This document shows positions 12,678-23,691 of a stretch of DNA of 64,000 nucleotides, in pieces. The DNA comes from Octopus bimaculoides (Eukaryota). The position numbers were made by a program, and so were the translations under genes. Each line of letters begins with the position of its first letter. Position 1 is the first letter of the stretch. The stretch spans positions 8,490,688-8,554,687 of the forward strand of contig NC_069000.1 of the NCBI RefSeq assembly GCF_001194135.2. Direction: 5' to 3'. The notes under the pieces were generated by a model. The model worked only from the letters and a program-made list of their open reading frames with translations. It made no database searches and was not told where the DNA came from.

Positions 12678-12913
12678 CTAATTCTGTACAAACTCCTCGG
12701 TCTTAAACAATTCGCTGACACCGCTGTCTGACGGGCTCGCAGTTTTGGCGTCTTGGTCATTGATTGGCTCCTCTTCGGGGCTGACTTGGTCGCGTTGCTC
12801 TTGCCACTTCTTGAGTCGGTTGAGCGGGAGTGAGATCACTCCTGACAGTGTCAGCATAATGCCGCTCATATAAAAAGTGGCGTTCACATCTCCTGTAATA
12901 TCTTCAAGGTAAC
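12678..12913 (-). CDS. MCT-family transporter terminal exon A, proximal (GYLEDITGDVNATFYMSGIMLTLSGVISLPLNRLKKWQEQRDQVSPEEEP...EEFVQN*)
   Basis: Acceptor ttcccttgcag|GT TAC (phase 1). Encodes the TM12 hydrophobic helix; TAG stop at 12680-12678. Confidence 0.9.
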
Positions 12914-14602
12914 CTGCAAGGGAACAAATTTAGACGATAACTAATCCAGATTATCCGACACTTAAAGTAGCGCCACAGCATTCCAACGCCCGGGTACCAA
13001 AAGAAAAAAAATAATAATAATAAAAAAATAAAATAAAAAACAAAAAAGTTAAAAAATGGGGTTTTGGATGATAACAGGTTTCTGACATAAACACAAGGTC
13101 CTTAATTCTGAGTAGGTCAAAAAAGGGCTTGACAGTTGGTGATATTGACCCTGTCAGTACTTGAGTGGGACTGGTACTTTATTTTATTAACCTTGGGAAG
13201 GTAGCATTCTAAGCTGATATCAGCAGGGTTTGAACTCAGGAAGTATTAAAGAACATATCTAAATTGTGCAAGTTTCTACCAATTCTACCCCTACACTACT
13301 CTTAAAAAAAGACTGTACAACAACCCATTTTATAATGATAAAAATAATTAAGTCTGTAATAATTTTTGATAAGTGTAAGTCCAATAATTTGGTAGGAGTT
13401 GGGGTTTAGTTAATTAAACCAACTCCAGCTTTCACTGGTCCTTTATTTTATTGACCTGGAAGGGTGAAAGCTAAAGCTGATGACTGTGGCAAGATTTGAA
13501 ATCTTGAAAGGCAAAATCCAGAGAGTAAAAGAAAAAGGTCATGGAAAATAATAACAGACATGAAATGAGGAGATCCCACTAAAAGGATGGTCACCTACAC
13601 TCAACCAAGGAACCGTACAGAACCAAGGTTACTCTGGCCATCAAGGCTAAGTCCAGTTGTGTTCTCCGAGCTGTAGGTACATGCAAAGAGTAGGTCGATT
13701 CTTTTGGGCCTACTCCATTCTCTTACTACCCTCACCTGCCTTTCAGCAAATTTATTGGATTACAGTCGCTCCCTCTCCTCATCTTCCTCTCCAAGTGGAG
13801 TTTGGTCATATTGACTGTCACAGGCAAAAGAATAAAATGCCTGTGTTCAAACAGTTCTTTCAATCTTGCCCACGTGTAGACACTATTGAGGGTTTCACCA
13901 GAAGAATATTTCCTGGTGTTTTTAGGGGTGCTGCTTCTTCTGTGGGTCATCTTATCATATATTATGTACCTCAAAAACCCACCACTATTTTTCATACAAC
14001 AATTAAGTTGAAACGGTAAAGCCTTTGTGCGCTTGGCTGTTGGTGTTAACATCACAATCATTGTTTTAATGCCCACTTTTCCATGCTTGCATAGATCAGA
14101 CAGAGTTAACCGAGGCAGATTTTCTGTGGCTGGATGCCTTTCCTGTTGTCAACCCTCATTTGTTTCCAAGCAAGGTAATATGGTAATATTTCCCTATGGC
14201 AGGAGGATACGTTTTTGCAGCATATTGGAAATGAATGAAACTCATTTACAACAATCATGCTGCACCAGAACAAAGACACATAAACATACATCCTTTAGAG
14301 GCAGAGATAATTTTAATCAATCAAGAATTTTTGTTGTATGGTATATGATATACCTGTATTAAGTGTGTTGTTCAAGTGCATGTTGCTAGCCACTCAGTTA
14401 TTTCCCTTGCTCATTTTTGCTTGAGTTGGGAAAATTACCAAAGTCATGGATTCTGTTTTTTTCTAAAGGTTAAGTTCCCTTGGCTGCTATAGATAAGGTT
14501 GGACAATTATGCTGATAGCAGCTGTTGGGCCACAGACACTTGTCCACAACTCTCCTCTTGTCTTTAACAAAACAAAAAGAAAAAAACATTGAAGCATAAG
14601 AA

Positions 14603-15050
14603 GCATTCTCAAGGTTCTTAGGTCCCTCCCCCCCACTGAGGTAATATCAAGGTCCCTCCCCACTGAGATATAAGACCCACCCTCAGAGTGGCATTTATTT
14701 ATAAGGACCCTCCCCACAGTGGCGTTCTCAAGGTCCCACCCCACAGTAGTATTCTCAAGGTCCCACCCCAGTGTAGTATTATTAAGGTCCCTCCTCAAAG
14801 TGGCATTCTCAAGGTCCCTCCCCACAGAGACATTCTCAAGGTCCCTCCCCACAGAGAGGACCCTCCCACAGTGGCATTTCTCAAAGTCCCTCCTCAAAGT
14901 CCTTCCTCACAGCAGAATTCTGAATGTCNNNNNNNNNNNNNNNNNNNNNNNNNNNNNNNNNNNNNNNNNNNNNNNNNNNNNNNNNTTCTCAAGGTCCCAC
15001 CCCAGTGTAGTATTATTAAGGTCCCTCCTCAAGGTTCCACCCCACAATGG
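14603..15050. repeat. ~30-bp minisatellite (ccccacagtggcattctcaaggtccctc-like), spanning gap 14929-14985
   Basis: ctcaaggtccc recurs about every 30 bp; the ORF track shows repeating KVPP decapeptides. Confidence 0.9.
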
Positions 15051-15839
15051 TAATACCAAGATCTTTTCCTGCAGCATTTTGATTCTCCCCGCAGTGGTCT
15101 TATTATAGCCCCGCCTTACAGTGGTATTGCCCTTTCCCTCCCTACAGTAGTTTACACTACATTTAAAATGGATTTTATCTATCATCATCATCATCATCAT
15201 CACTAGACATCTTGCTACTGGATTTGTACATAATCCCATCATAAAATAAAGTCAAACCAAAAACCATTTTTTTTTCAAATTAAGCATCTGAATGTCTGAC
15301 ATGAGGTCTTGTTAATCAGATTATAATTGTTCAGATTATCAACTTCATCTCTAGCAATGGAACAGTTCTTCAAATTTACATCTTCAAAATATATTTCAAT
15401 TGGTTTGATCTGTGATCACTGCCAGGTGTTTTTATCTGGGATATATACAAGTGGGTTGGCAGTAGGTGAATCACAACCCATTAATGGACCACTGAGGTAT
15501 TCTCTTTGGGTCATGGAAACTTTTTCGAAAAACTTTCTCAAATCAAATACATTTGTGAACCATTGGATTGTTGGTGGCTTTTAGATTGTCTTTTGTGTTT
15601 AACTTTTGCTTATATAAATACAACCAGAGATTGAAGTGGGGGTACGGATATGCAAACATATTTTTATATGTAAGGTATGGTATAATTAATATACCATGTA
15701 GGACATGGAGCAAATATGAAAACATGTGAAAACATCACAAGTTGCTGGTCTTTGATGCACGTAGTCCCAGACTGGATTTGAACTACTTTTGAGGTCATCT
15801 ATTTTCACCATTCATTTTGGTAACTTATGCTTTGACCAG

Positions 15840-16290
15840 TGGAGGCGTAGGGTGTATTTGTTGGGGTGTTGGACTCGTGATCGTAAGATTGTGGTTTCAG
15901 TTCCTGGACTGGGCGATGTGTTGTTGACTAAAGCACTACATTTTTTGTCGTTCTAGTTCACTCAGCTGGTGAAAAAGAATAATCCTGTGATGGACTCGCA
16001 TCCCATCCAGGGAGGAGTATATACATCAGTGAAACTAGCCCTATACTCCTTATGGGGTAATGTGGACTGACTATGCTTTGACTAGGTTACAAGACCATAA
16101 CCTAGTGGTTAGAACGTTGTGTTCATGATCATGAGACCACAGGCTCAGTTCCTGGACCAGGCAGCACATTGTGAACTGCAGCAATGCACATTTCATTTCA
16201 CACTGCTCCAGTTTGCTCAGCTGAAAATTATAATGAGTCTAGAGCTGACATGGCCCTTTGCGACTTCCAGCTGTCATGTCCTCAATGTTC
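15840..16290 (+). mobile_element. Two adjacent copies of a third tRNA-headed SINE (family E; gttc/ttcctggactgggc head, gatggactcgcatcccatccaggg block)
   Basis: Head similarity also seen at about 9100-9190 and 21685-21790. Confidence 0.55.
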
Positions 16291-16981
16291 TGCTGGGTCA
16301 AGGGTGAGATGGCTGAGAGGGTATCTGTGTCTGCTCATGATAAGACAGGCACCTAAGATAGATAGTGAAAGAAGAGTACAAGTTACCAGGTCATACTCGC
16401 TTACATGCAACGGGTATATATGTATTTTCTTTTTTTTTTTTGGAGTGGTGGGTGATATGCTTTTAGCAGCAGTCTTGGTTTTGGTTTGTGTGTTCTCTTA
16501 GAAGGGCATGGTTGGCTTGGTCTTCTTTCACTTTGATTTTTCAGCCTTTCATTACTAAAAATAAGATGCTTCATGACAGTGAAAGTTAAAACCAATCAAA
16601 ATATACTTGTAGAAGTGTAAATATTGAAAACAAAGTTTCTTTCTTTAAAATGCAATTAACAGTTTAAAATTATGCCTTAATTACAATGTCAGTAATGGAA
16701 ATAGAAAACCTCTCTAAAACTCTGATGCTTTTGAAGGATGAAGGGCAGTTCACCTCGGTGGGATTTGAACTCAGAATGTAAAGATCTGGAACAACCACCT
16801 CAAGGTATTTTGTTCAACATTTTAATAGTACTGCCAATTATTAATGATAATGACTTTTCAATTATAGGCACAAGGCCTGAAATTTTTGGAGGAAGGGGTT
16901 AGCTGATTACATCAACCCCAGTGCTCAAATGGAACTTATTTCATTGATTCCAATAGGATGAAAAGCAAAGCTGACCTAGGC

Positions 16982-17115
16982 AGGAGGAGAGGATACAGGT
17001 GTGGTTGACATGGTTGGCACAGATGGGGACAGACTGGACAAGGATAGGCAGGAATTATCCACAACACGGGAAATGTTGGATTATGTGTTAAGATTGTTGC
17101 AAGGCAATGGTTGAA
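16982..17115 (-). repeat. Repeat copy that is the inverted partner of 10108-10231
   Basis: Same alignment; similarity continues past a ~10-nt indel. Confidence 0.9.
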
Positions 17116-18884
17116 CAACAAACGATGATGACAACAACAACGATGATGATGATGATGATGATGACAACAGCAACAATCAATGATGATTGTGATGACAATG
17201 ATGTTGGCGAACGCTTATAAGCATGCATGCATGAGGGAGCGAGGGATTAAGTAGGGTTGCTATAGCAACCATTATTGTTTAGCCCCAGGTCAACCTTGTT
17301 CAAGTATGATCAAAGATATTTCAATCTTGACCATCTTGTCAATTACCCTTTTTTTTTCTTCTTTTTTTTTTAATTTTCCAGATTCATGCAATATTTTTTT
17401 TTAAAGACAGTAAGATTATAATTAGAAAGGGATTTGGCATCTATTTCTAGCAGGCTTGGGTATCCATGTAGAGGCTCCCTCGTTGGTTCCATGAAGCAAG
17501 ATCATAGGAGATGGGTACATTCTATTACATAAGGGGTTATGTGGTATGTGTGAAGGAAAATGGTAATTAGCAATGGAAGAGTAAATGAGAAACAGAACAA
17601 TGTCAGGAGTACAGCTCCATCAGAGGCATCAATGCAAATAAAACCCAAGAACTAGTGAACCAATAAGAGAGCCTCTGGCAATCTTGACCATCTCCTATCC
17701 ATCTATATATCCACATGTCTTTATTTTATATATATATATATATATATNNNNNNNNNNNNNNNNNNNNNNNNNNNNNNNNNNNNNNNNNNNNNNNNNNNNN
17801 NNNNNNNNNNNNNNNNNNNNNNNNNNNNNNNNNNNNNNNNNNNNNNNNNNNNNNNNNNNNNNNNNNNNNNNNNNNNNNNNNNNNNNNNNNNNNNNNNNNN
17901 NNNNNNNNNNNNNNNNNNNNNNNNNNNNNNNNNNNNNNNNNNNNNNNNNNNNNNNNNNNNNNNNNNNNNNNNNNNNNNNNNNNNNNNNNNNNNNNNNNNN
18001 NNNNNNNNNNNNNNNNNNNNNNNNNNNNNNNNNNNNNNNNNNNNNNNNNNNNNNNNNNNNNNNNNNNNNNNNNNNNNNNNNNNNNNNNNNNNNNNNNNNN
18101 NNNNNNNNNNNNNNNNNNNNNNNNNNNNNNNNNNNNNNNNNNNNNNNNNNNNNNNNNNNNNNNNNNNNNNNNNNNNNNNNNNNNNNNNNNNNNNNNNNNN
18201 NNNNNNNNNNNNNNNNNNNNNNNNNNNNNNNNNNNNNNNNNNNNNNNNNNNNNNNNNNNNNNNNNNNNNNNNNNNNNNNNNNNNNNNNNNNNNNNNNNNN
18301 NNNNNNNNNNNNNNNNNNNNNNNNNNNNNNNNNNNNNNNNNNAAAAATTTAAAAAGGAAATTGTTTGAACCTCACACCCACTTGCTCAATAATGGTACAG
18401 TCCTGAATTGCTAACCAAACCATCCAACTATGCAAAGACAGAAGTAACCTCCACCTTGTCGTTAGTTAAGCACTCAACTAGATAGTAGTAGGTTTTCTGC
18501 CTACTGCTAACTAGGAATACAATAACATAATGTTTCTATATTGTGAGAGGCAAGATTCTCTGTGAGTAGTACAACGTTTCTACTACTTAAACCCTCAGTT
18601 ACACTCATAGTTCCCCCCCCCCATCACTTGACAACTGATGTTGGTGTGCTTATGTCCCCGTAGCTTAACAGTTCAACAAAAGTGACTGATAGAATAAGTA
18701 CTAGGCTTACAAAGAATAAGTCCTGGAGCCAATTAGTTCGATTAAAGGCGGTGCTCCAGCATGGCCACAGTCAAATGACTTAAACAAGTAAAAGAATAAA
18801 ATAAAAAAGTAAAAGAATAAAAGAATAATAAACAAAAAAAATGAAATGAGGTGAAGGGACAATGGCCCTCCATCACCTACTTAC

Positions 18885-19154
18885 CCACTCCAAGACCATA
18901 GATGCCACTGTAGATATTGAGCGTGGTCTTGTCTTTGAGAAACGGGCAGAAGATGGTGCACAATCCTACCATTATGAGGGCTGTGTTGTTGATGTGTAGT
19001 GCACCGAAGACTGGACGGTCAGCCAGAAAACCTGAGAGTAGCCGTCCAACAATGTTCGTAACACCGCTGACCGACACGAGGTATGATGATTCCTGGCTGT
19101 TCATGCCAATTTGCTGTGCCAATGCGGGCAAATAGACAACCGGGATGAAAAAAC
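18885..19154 (-). CDS. MCT-family transporter coding exon 4 (GFFIPVVYLPALAQQIG...GVTNIVGRLLSGFLAD...IYSGIYGLGV-G; TM7-TM10)
   Basis: 270 nt, phase 1 to phase 1. Acceptor ctcttcctag, donor G|GTAAGT. TM8 Arg motif NIVGRLLSG is present. Confidence 0.93.
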
Positions 19155-19607
19155 CTAGGAAGAGCGAGAAATATACGTTTTTATTTTTGCTTTCTATTTT
19201 TTTTTTTTATAGCAATAGAAGTTAGAGATAGTAATGATGTTGATGATGGTGGTGGTGCTACTTGTGGTCTTGGTGGTGGTGGCAGAGAAGGTGGTGACAA
19301 TAGAGGTGGGGATGATGGTGATGGTGGTGGTGGTGGTGTTAGTAATGATGGTGATGGTGGTGATAACAGCAGAAGTGGGAATGCTCGTAGCAGGAGCCAT
19401 TATCATGGTAAGAAAGCTTATGGCAGTATTGGTGGTGAACGGTAGTCTTGGTGGTGGTGGTGGTGGTGGTGTTGGTAGTGCTTGTAGCAATAGTAGCGAG
19501 TGTTGTTGTAATGGCGACTGAGCTGTTGTCAGTGGAGGTTAGTGTTAGCATTTAGTAGTAAAAGAGACAGCAGTTGATGACAAAAAAAAAAAAAAAAACC
19601 AACGTAC

Positions 19608-20463
19608 CTAACATGCTAAGAAATGTAGAGAGAAGCAAGACACAGAATGTCAAATTTCGGAATAGTGACAGATCAATTATTTCCTGGAACATCTGTAGAA
19701 GTTTTCTTGAGTGTCCATTGTTTTCATAAATGCTTTCCAAACTTCGAATACTGGCCTGGAATTTAGCAATGCTAACAATACTGGAGCCCATAAGGCAAGG
19801 TGGTAAATCACTGTTGCAATTGTAAAGATAACACTTAGGGGGATCTTCATGGTTTGTTGTGTTAATAGTCTGTCGGCTTTCACACCTGCTTTCGCATGGG
19901 CTTGCCGATGTGCTGTTCACAGCCGATGCCTCAGCCGAGGGCGTGTTTATCTCAATACGTGAGTCACTGACGCCGACATAACTGAGACTACGAGTGCTCA
20001 ATGAGCCCTCCTCAGAGAGTTTGTCCCAAGGGTCCTCATGCGTGAGGGAATCACAACTTTTCGCTTTGGGCATACAGGACATACTGTTCGTGATCAGCTT
20101 GTTGCTTTCAGGAATGTCCATCGAGTGGATAGCGGGGGGAGCAGGGGGTTTCAGCAAGTTTGAGCTCATGGGTTTCGTAGTCGTGCCATCCATCCTAAAG
20201 GACTCGACAACTAAGCTTTGTGGTAGCAGGCTGCTCCTGCTGGGGCACTTTGAACTGTGTGGGCTCCTCGACCGCTGAAAGTAGGATGCAATACTGCTGC
20301 GGTTGGAGCCGATACAATCCAATTTGATGAGACGGTTGTCGTTGGTGATGATACAGTTGTCGAGAGATCCGTTAGATATGGTACGCTGTCGCTTTTTCTC
20401 CTCGATAAGGGCTCGCATGATCGAACCCCGTGCGACGAAGCCCCGCTTCATCCGCTTCGTATG
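19608..20463 (-). CDS. MCT-family transporter large exon 3, visible part only (Ser-rich central loop to TM7; HTKRMKRGFVARGSIMRALIEEKKRQRTISNGSLD...DLSLFRNLTFCVLLLSTFLSML-G)
   Basis: 285 stop-free codons ending in the MCT pre-TM7 motif IIDLSLFRN and donor G|GTACGT. The 5' part (expected TM4-TM6) runs into N-gap 20464-20740. Confidence 0.88.
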
Positions 20464-21244
20464 NNNNNNNNNNNNNNNNNNNNNNNNNNNNNNNNNNNNN
20501 NNNNNNNNNNNNNNNNNNNNNNNNNNNNNNNNNNNNNNNNNNNNNNNNNNNNNNNNNNNNNNNNNNNNNNNNNNNNNNNNNNNNNNNNNNNNNNNNNNNN
20601 NNNNNNNNNNNNNNNNNNNNNNNNNNNNNNNNNNNNNNNNNNNNNNNNNNNNNNNNNNNNNNNNNNNNNNNNNNNNNNNNNNNNNNNNNNNNNNNNNNNN
20701 NNNNNNNNNNNNNNNNNNNNNNNNNNNNNNNNNNNNNNNNAAAATTTTAATTAAAAACCGTATTTCTTTTTCATAAAAAAAAAAATACATATAAAATAAT
20801 CTGGTGCAGGCATGGCTGTGTGGTTAAGAAGATTGTTTCCAAACAATGTGGGCTCAGGTTCAGTCCCACTGAGTGACACCTTGGGCAAGTGTCTTCTACT
20901 ATAGCCCCCAGCCAACCAAAGTCATCAATTTGGCAAAGAGACTGATAAAACCCTGTTTTTATGTGTGTCTGTGTGTACCCTTATTCTAACATCGTGTAAT
21001 GATTGTAAATGAGCATCACTGTCATACAAGCGACGTTGCTCATTTGCAGTCTTCCATGCAAAACACATCTGGACATAGAGAAAAATATTACCTTACTTGG
21101 AAAAATGTGAGGGTTGGTGACAGGAAGGGCATCAAGCTGTAGAAAACCTGCCTCAACAAGTTCTGTCAGACCCAGGCAAGCATGGAAAAGTGTACATCAA
21201 ACAATGATAACGAAATATTAATTAACTGTTAAAATTTTCATTAA

Positions 21245-21461
21245 CTCTTTAGCATGTAAACCAGCCAAATCGAATCAAAATATTCTACCTGTTTTATGTT
21301 CAAACTGGCCAGTTCCGGACCCTCATACCAACCTTACAATATCATTCTAAAATTAAGTTACCTCTTCAAAATCTCAAGGCTATAAAACAATGCATGATTA
21401 ATTCAAAACTATGTGAATAAATAAGCAATACATTTGACAAAGAAGTCTGAATGCTAAAGGG
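21245..21461. mobile_element. piggyBac-like MITE, same family, opposite orientation
   Basis: ttaa-ctcttt...aaaggg-ttaa; internal sequence is the reverse complement of 9400-9616. Confidence 0.75.
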
Positions 21462-21815
21462 TTAAATATATCACAGGTACAGGCATGGCTTGAGGCTGAG
21501 AAGCTTGCTTCCCATCAAATAGGTCTTGGGTTCAATTCCCACCATGCAGCAAATTGGTAAGTCTCAGGCAAATTGGTAAGTTTCAGGGATGATTCTAAGT
21601 CCTTTGAGTGATTTTGATAGACTGGAACTGAATGAAGCCCATCACACACACACACATATGTGTGTGTGTATGTGTGAAGGTGCATAGCTCACTGGTTTGA
21701 GCATTATGAGGTTGTAAGTTCGATTCCTGGACTGGGATATGTGTCGGGTTCTTGAGCAATCACTTCACTACATATGCACAACCACATCAATACACAGACA
21801 CAACACAATCACTTC

Positions 21816-21864
<49 letters not shown>

Positions 21865-21920
21865 CACACAGAGAGCAGCAATAAGCAAACATAGAAACCA
21901 CCATCACCATCATCACTTAC

Positions 21921-22064
21921 CTCCCAGAATTCCATAGGTCACTATCAACATCTGGATGCTGGATGAAAAACTACTAATAAAAAATGCAGCTGCTGCAAAG
22001 ATGCTGCCAGCAATGGTAACCTTACGACATCCATATTTCGTGGCCAGTGTACTTGCAAAAGGAC
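21921..22064 (-). CDS. MCT-family transporter coding exon 2 (GPFASTLATKYGCRKVTIAGSIFAAAAFFISSFSSSIQMLIVTYGILG-G)
   Basis: 144 nt, phase 1 to phase 1. Acceptor ttttccag, donor G|GTAAGT. Typical MCT loop 2-3 motif (KYGCRKV) followed by TM3. Confidence 0.93.
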
Positions 22065-22479
22065 CTGGAAAATATGGAATAAAACAAACAGCAATAAATG
22101 GTGAGGAAACTTGTGGCAGGAGAGAGGGTAAGAATATTTTTGTCGAGAACATAGATTTGCTTAAGAATCCCGTCTGTGTTCAAGGGCTCTACATAACTAA
22201 TAGAATCTTCTGTACATCTTTCGTTCTTTCCGATAGAATCTACTTCTATAACCTTGGCTCAAGTTTCTATCTATGTTAGCTAAGAATCAAAGCCAAGCTT
22301 GGTTTGTAGCCATGTGGTCTCTGGTTCAGGCTCACTGTGTGGCACCTTGGACAAGGGTTCTCTACTACAACCACAGACAGAACAATAATGTCTTGCGAGT
22401 GAAATTAGAAGACGGAAACTGAGGAAGTCTGTTGCACGCACATGTGTGCGCGCGCGTGCGTGCATGCGTGTGCGTGTAA

Positions 22480-22775
22480 TTCTTTATTGCCCACAAGGGG
22501 GTAAACATAGAGGGGACAAACAAGGACAGACAAAGGAACTAAGTCGATTACATCGACCCCAGTGCGTAACTNNNNNNNNNNGGTAAACATAGAGGGGACA
22601 AACAAGGACAGACAAAGGAACTAAGTCGATTACATCGACCCCAGTGCGTAACTGGTACTTATTTAATCAACCCCCGAAAGGATGAAAGGCAAAGTTAACC
22701 TCAGCGGAATTTGAACTCAGAACATAGCGGCAGACGAAATGCCATTAAGCACTTTGCCCGGCGTGCTAACGTTTC
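22480..22775 (-). mobile_element. SINE family A, young intronic copy
   Basis: Near-identical to 55819-56036 and retains its CpGs although it lies in the CpG-poor gene body. Confidence 0.85.
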
Positions 22776-22890
22776 TACCATCTCGCATATACATGCATGT
22801 GCACGCGTGTGTGTGTGTGTGTGTATGCCTTTGTGTTTGTTCCTTTAATGCAACATGGCTGTAGTCCAATGACTGAAACAAGTGAAAAAG

Positions 22891-22968
<78 letters not shown>

Positions 22969-22988
22969 GATAGATAGATATGACTTAC

Positions 22989-23262
22989 CAATCATGAGGT
23001 AACTGCCTGTCAACAGAGAGCCAATCAGGGCCGAAGCTGTTGCCGTGACACCAAAGTGATCCTCAAAGACTTGCTTTATTGACCCATACGAAAGACATAT
23101 CCCATCCACAATCACATTGCAAAGGAACGAAGCGAAGGTCACGACCCAACCCCAGCCGCCGTCCGGTGGTTCAATGATTTGGGGCCTTGGCTGTTCGTGA
23201 CCAGACACCCTAATAGGTGTGGCAGGATCTTTTCCCTTGTCCTTTGGTTTCATCATAGTCAT
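22989..23262 (-). CDS. SLC16/MCT-family transporter, first coding exon (MTMMKPKDKG...PPDGGWGWVVTFASFLCNVIVDGICLSYG...GSYLMI-G; TM1-TM2)
   Basis: Contains the MCT N-terminal signature PPDGGWGW. Acceptor ttgttacag before 23364 and donor G|GTAAGT after 22989 (phase 1). An in-frame TGA lies upstream within the exon, so the first ATG (23262) is the likely start; 23263-23364 would be 5' UTR. Confidence 0.93.
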
Positions 23263-23467
23263 CTTCTGACTCCGATATAGTGATGTATAGGGTCCAGCTC
23301 GGAAGCCAGATTGACCAGTGAACAGTGAGGGAGGGGTCGGGGCTGCCACACACCTAGGTCACACCTGTAACAAATAAGAAGAAAAAAAAACAAAGATTAA
23401 CATATGTTTTAAAAAGGAGCAAAGACAAAAAAGTAAGAGAATAGGTACATACCACTACCCTGCCATA

Positions 23468-23691
23468 CACGAATGGGGTGGGGGCTGAAAAGTTCCTGGC
23501 TTTGGGTAAAAGAAAATAGAGGAGGACCGATTAATTATGATTTTATTCAACTTATTCCCCTCTCAGATTCACACACTTATTACAGTGGTCCTTCAGTTTT
23601 TCTAAGCCCTGTAAAAGAACTCAGAAGGTTGGGCCTCCAGCCAGGCCTTTCGTGATACCCTTAAAACCAGGAACTTTGCAGCACTCCCTTG
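23468..23691. mobile_element. mariner-like MITE
   Basis: Terminal inverted repeats ...gctgaaaagttcctgg / ccaggaactttgcagcactcccttg, flanked by TA, with no ORF. Confidence 0.75.

Noticed and set aside
13560-14020. 120-aa and 114-aa overlapping ORFs
   Set aside because: No recognisable domain in any frame; probably a decayed repeat.
14603-15050. CRISPR-like periodicity
   Set aside because: Contiguous tandem units with no unique spacers and no cas genes, in a eukaryotic context.
17684-18368. Long ORFs of X residues, also at about 3.6, 20.5, 26, 37.4, 45.6, 56.1 and 58.7 kb
   Set aside because: They are open only because N-runs contain no stops.
19194-19551. Thr- and Val-rich ORFs between exons 3 and 4
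   Set aside because: Intronic (GGT/GAT)n low-complexity sequence.
22500-22653. 72-bp exact direct repeat (22500-22571 and 22582-22653)
   Set aside because: The copies abut a 10-N gap; this is a typical unmerged contig overlap, not biology.
22717-23349. 210-aa ORF with a GTG start in the ORF track
   Set aside because: The true reading ends at the donor after 22989 and the tail is a TAGA/TA microsatellite; the GTG start is a prokaryotic-style call.
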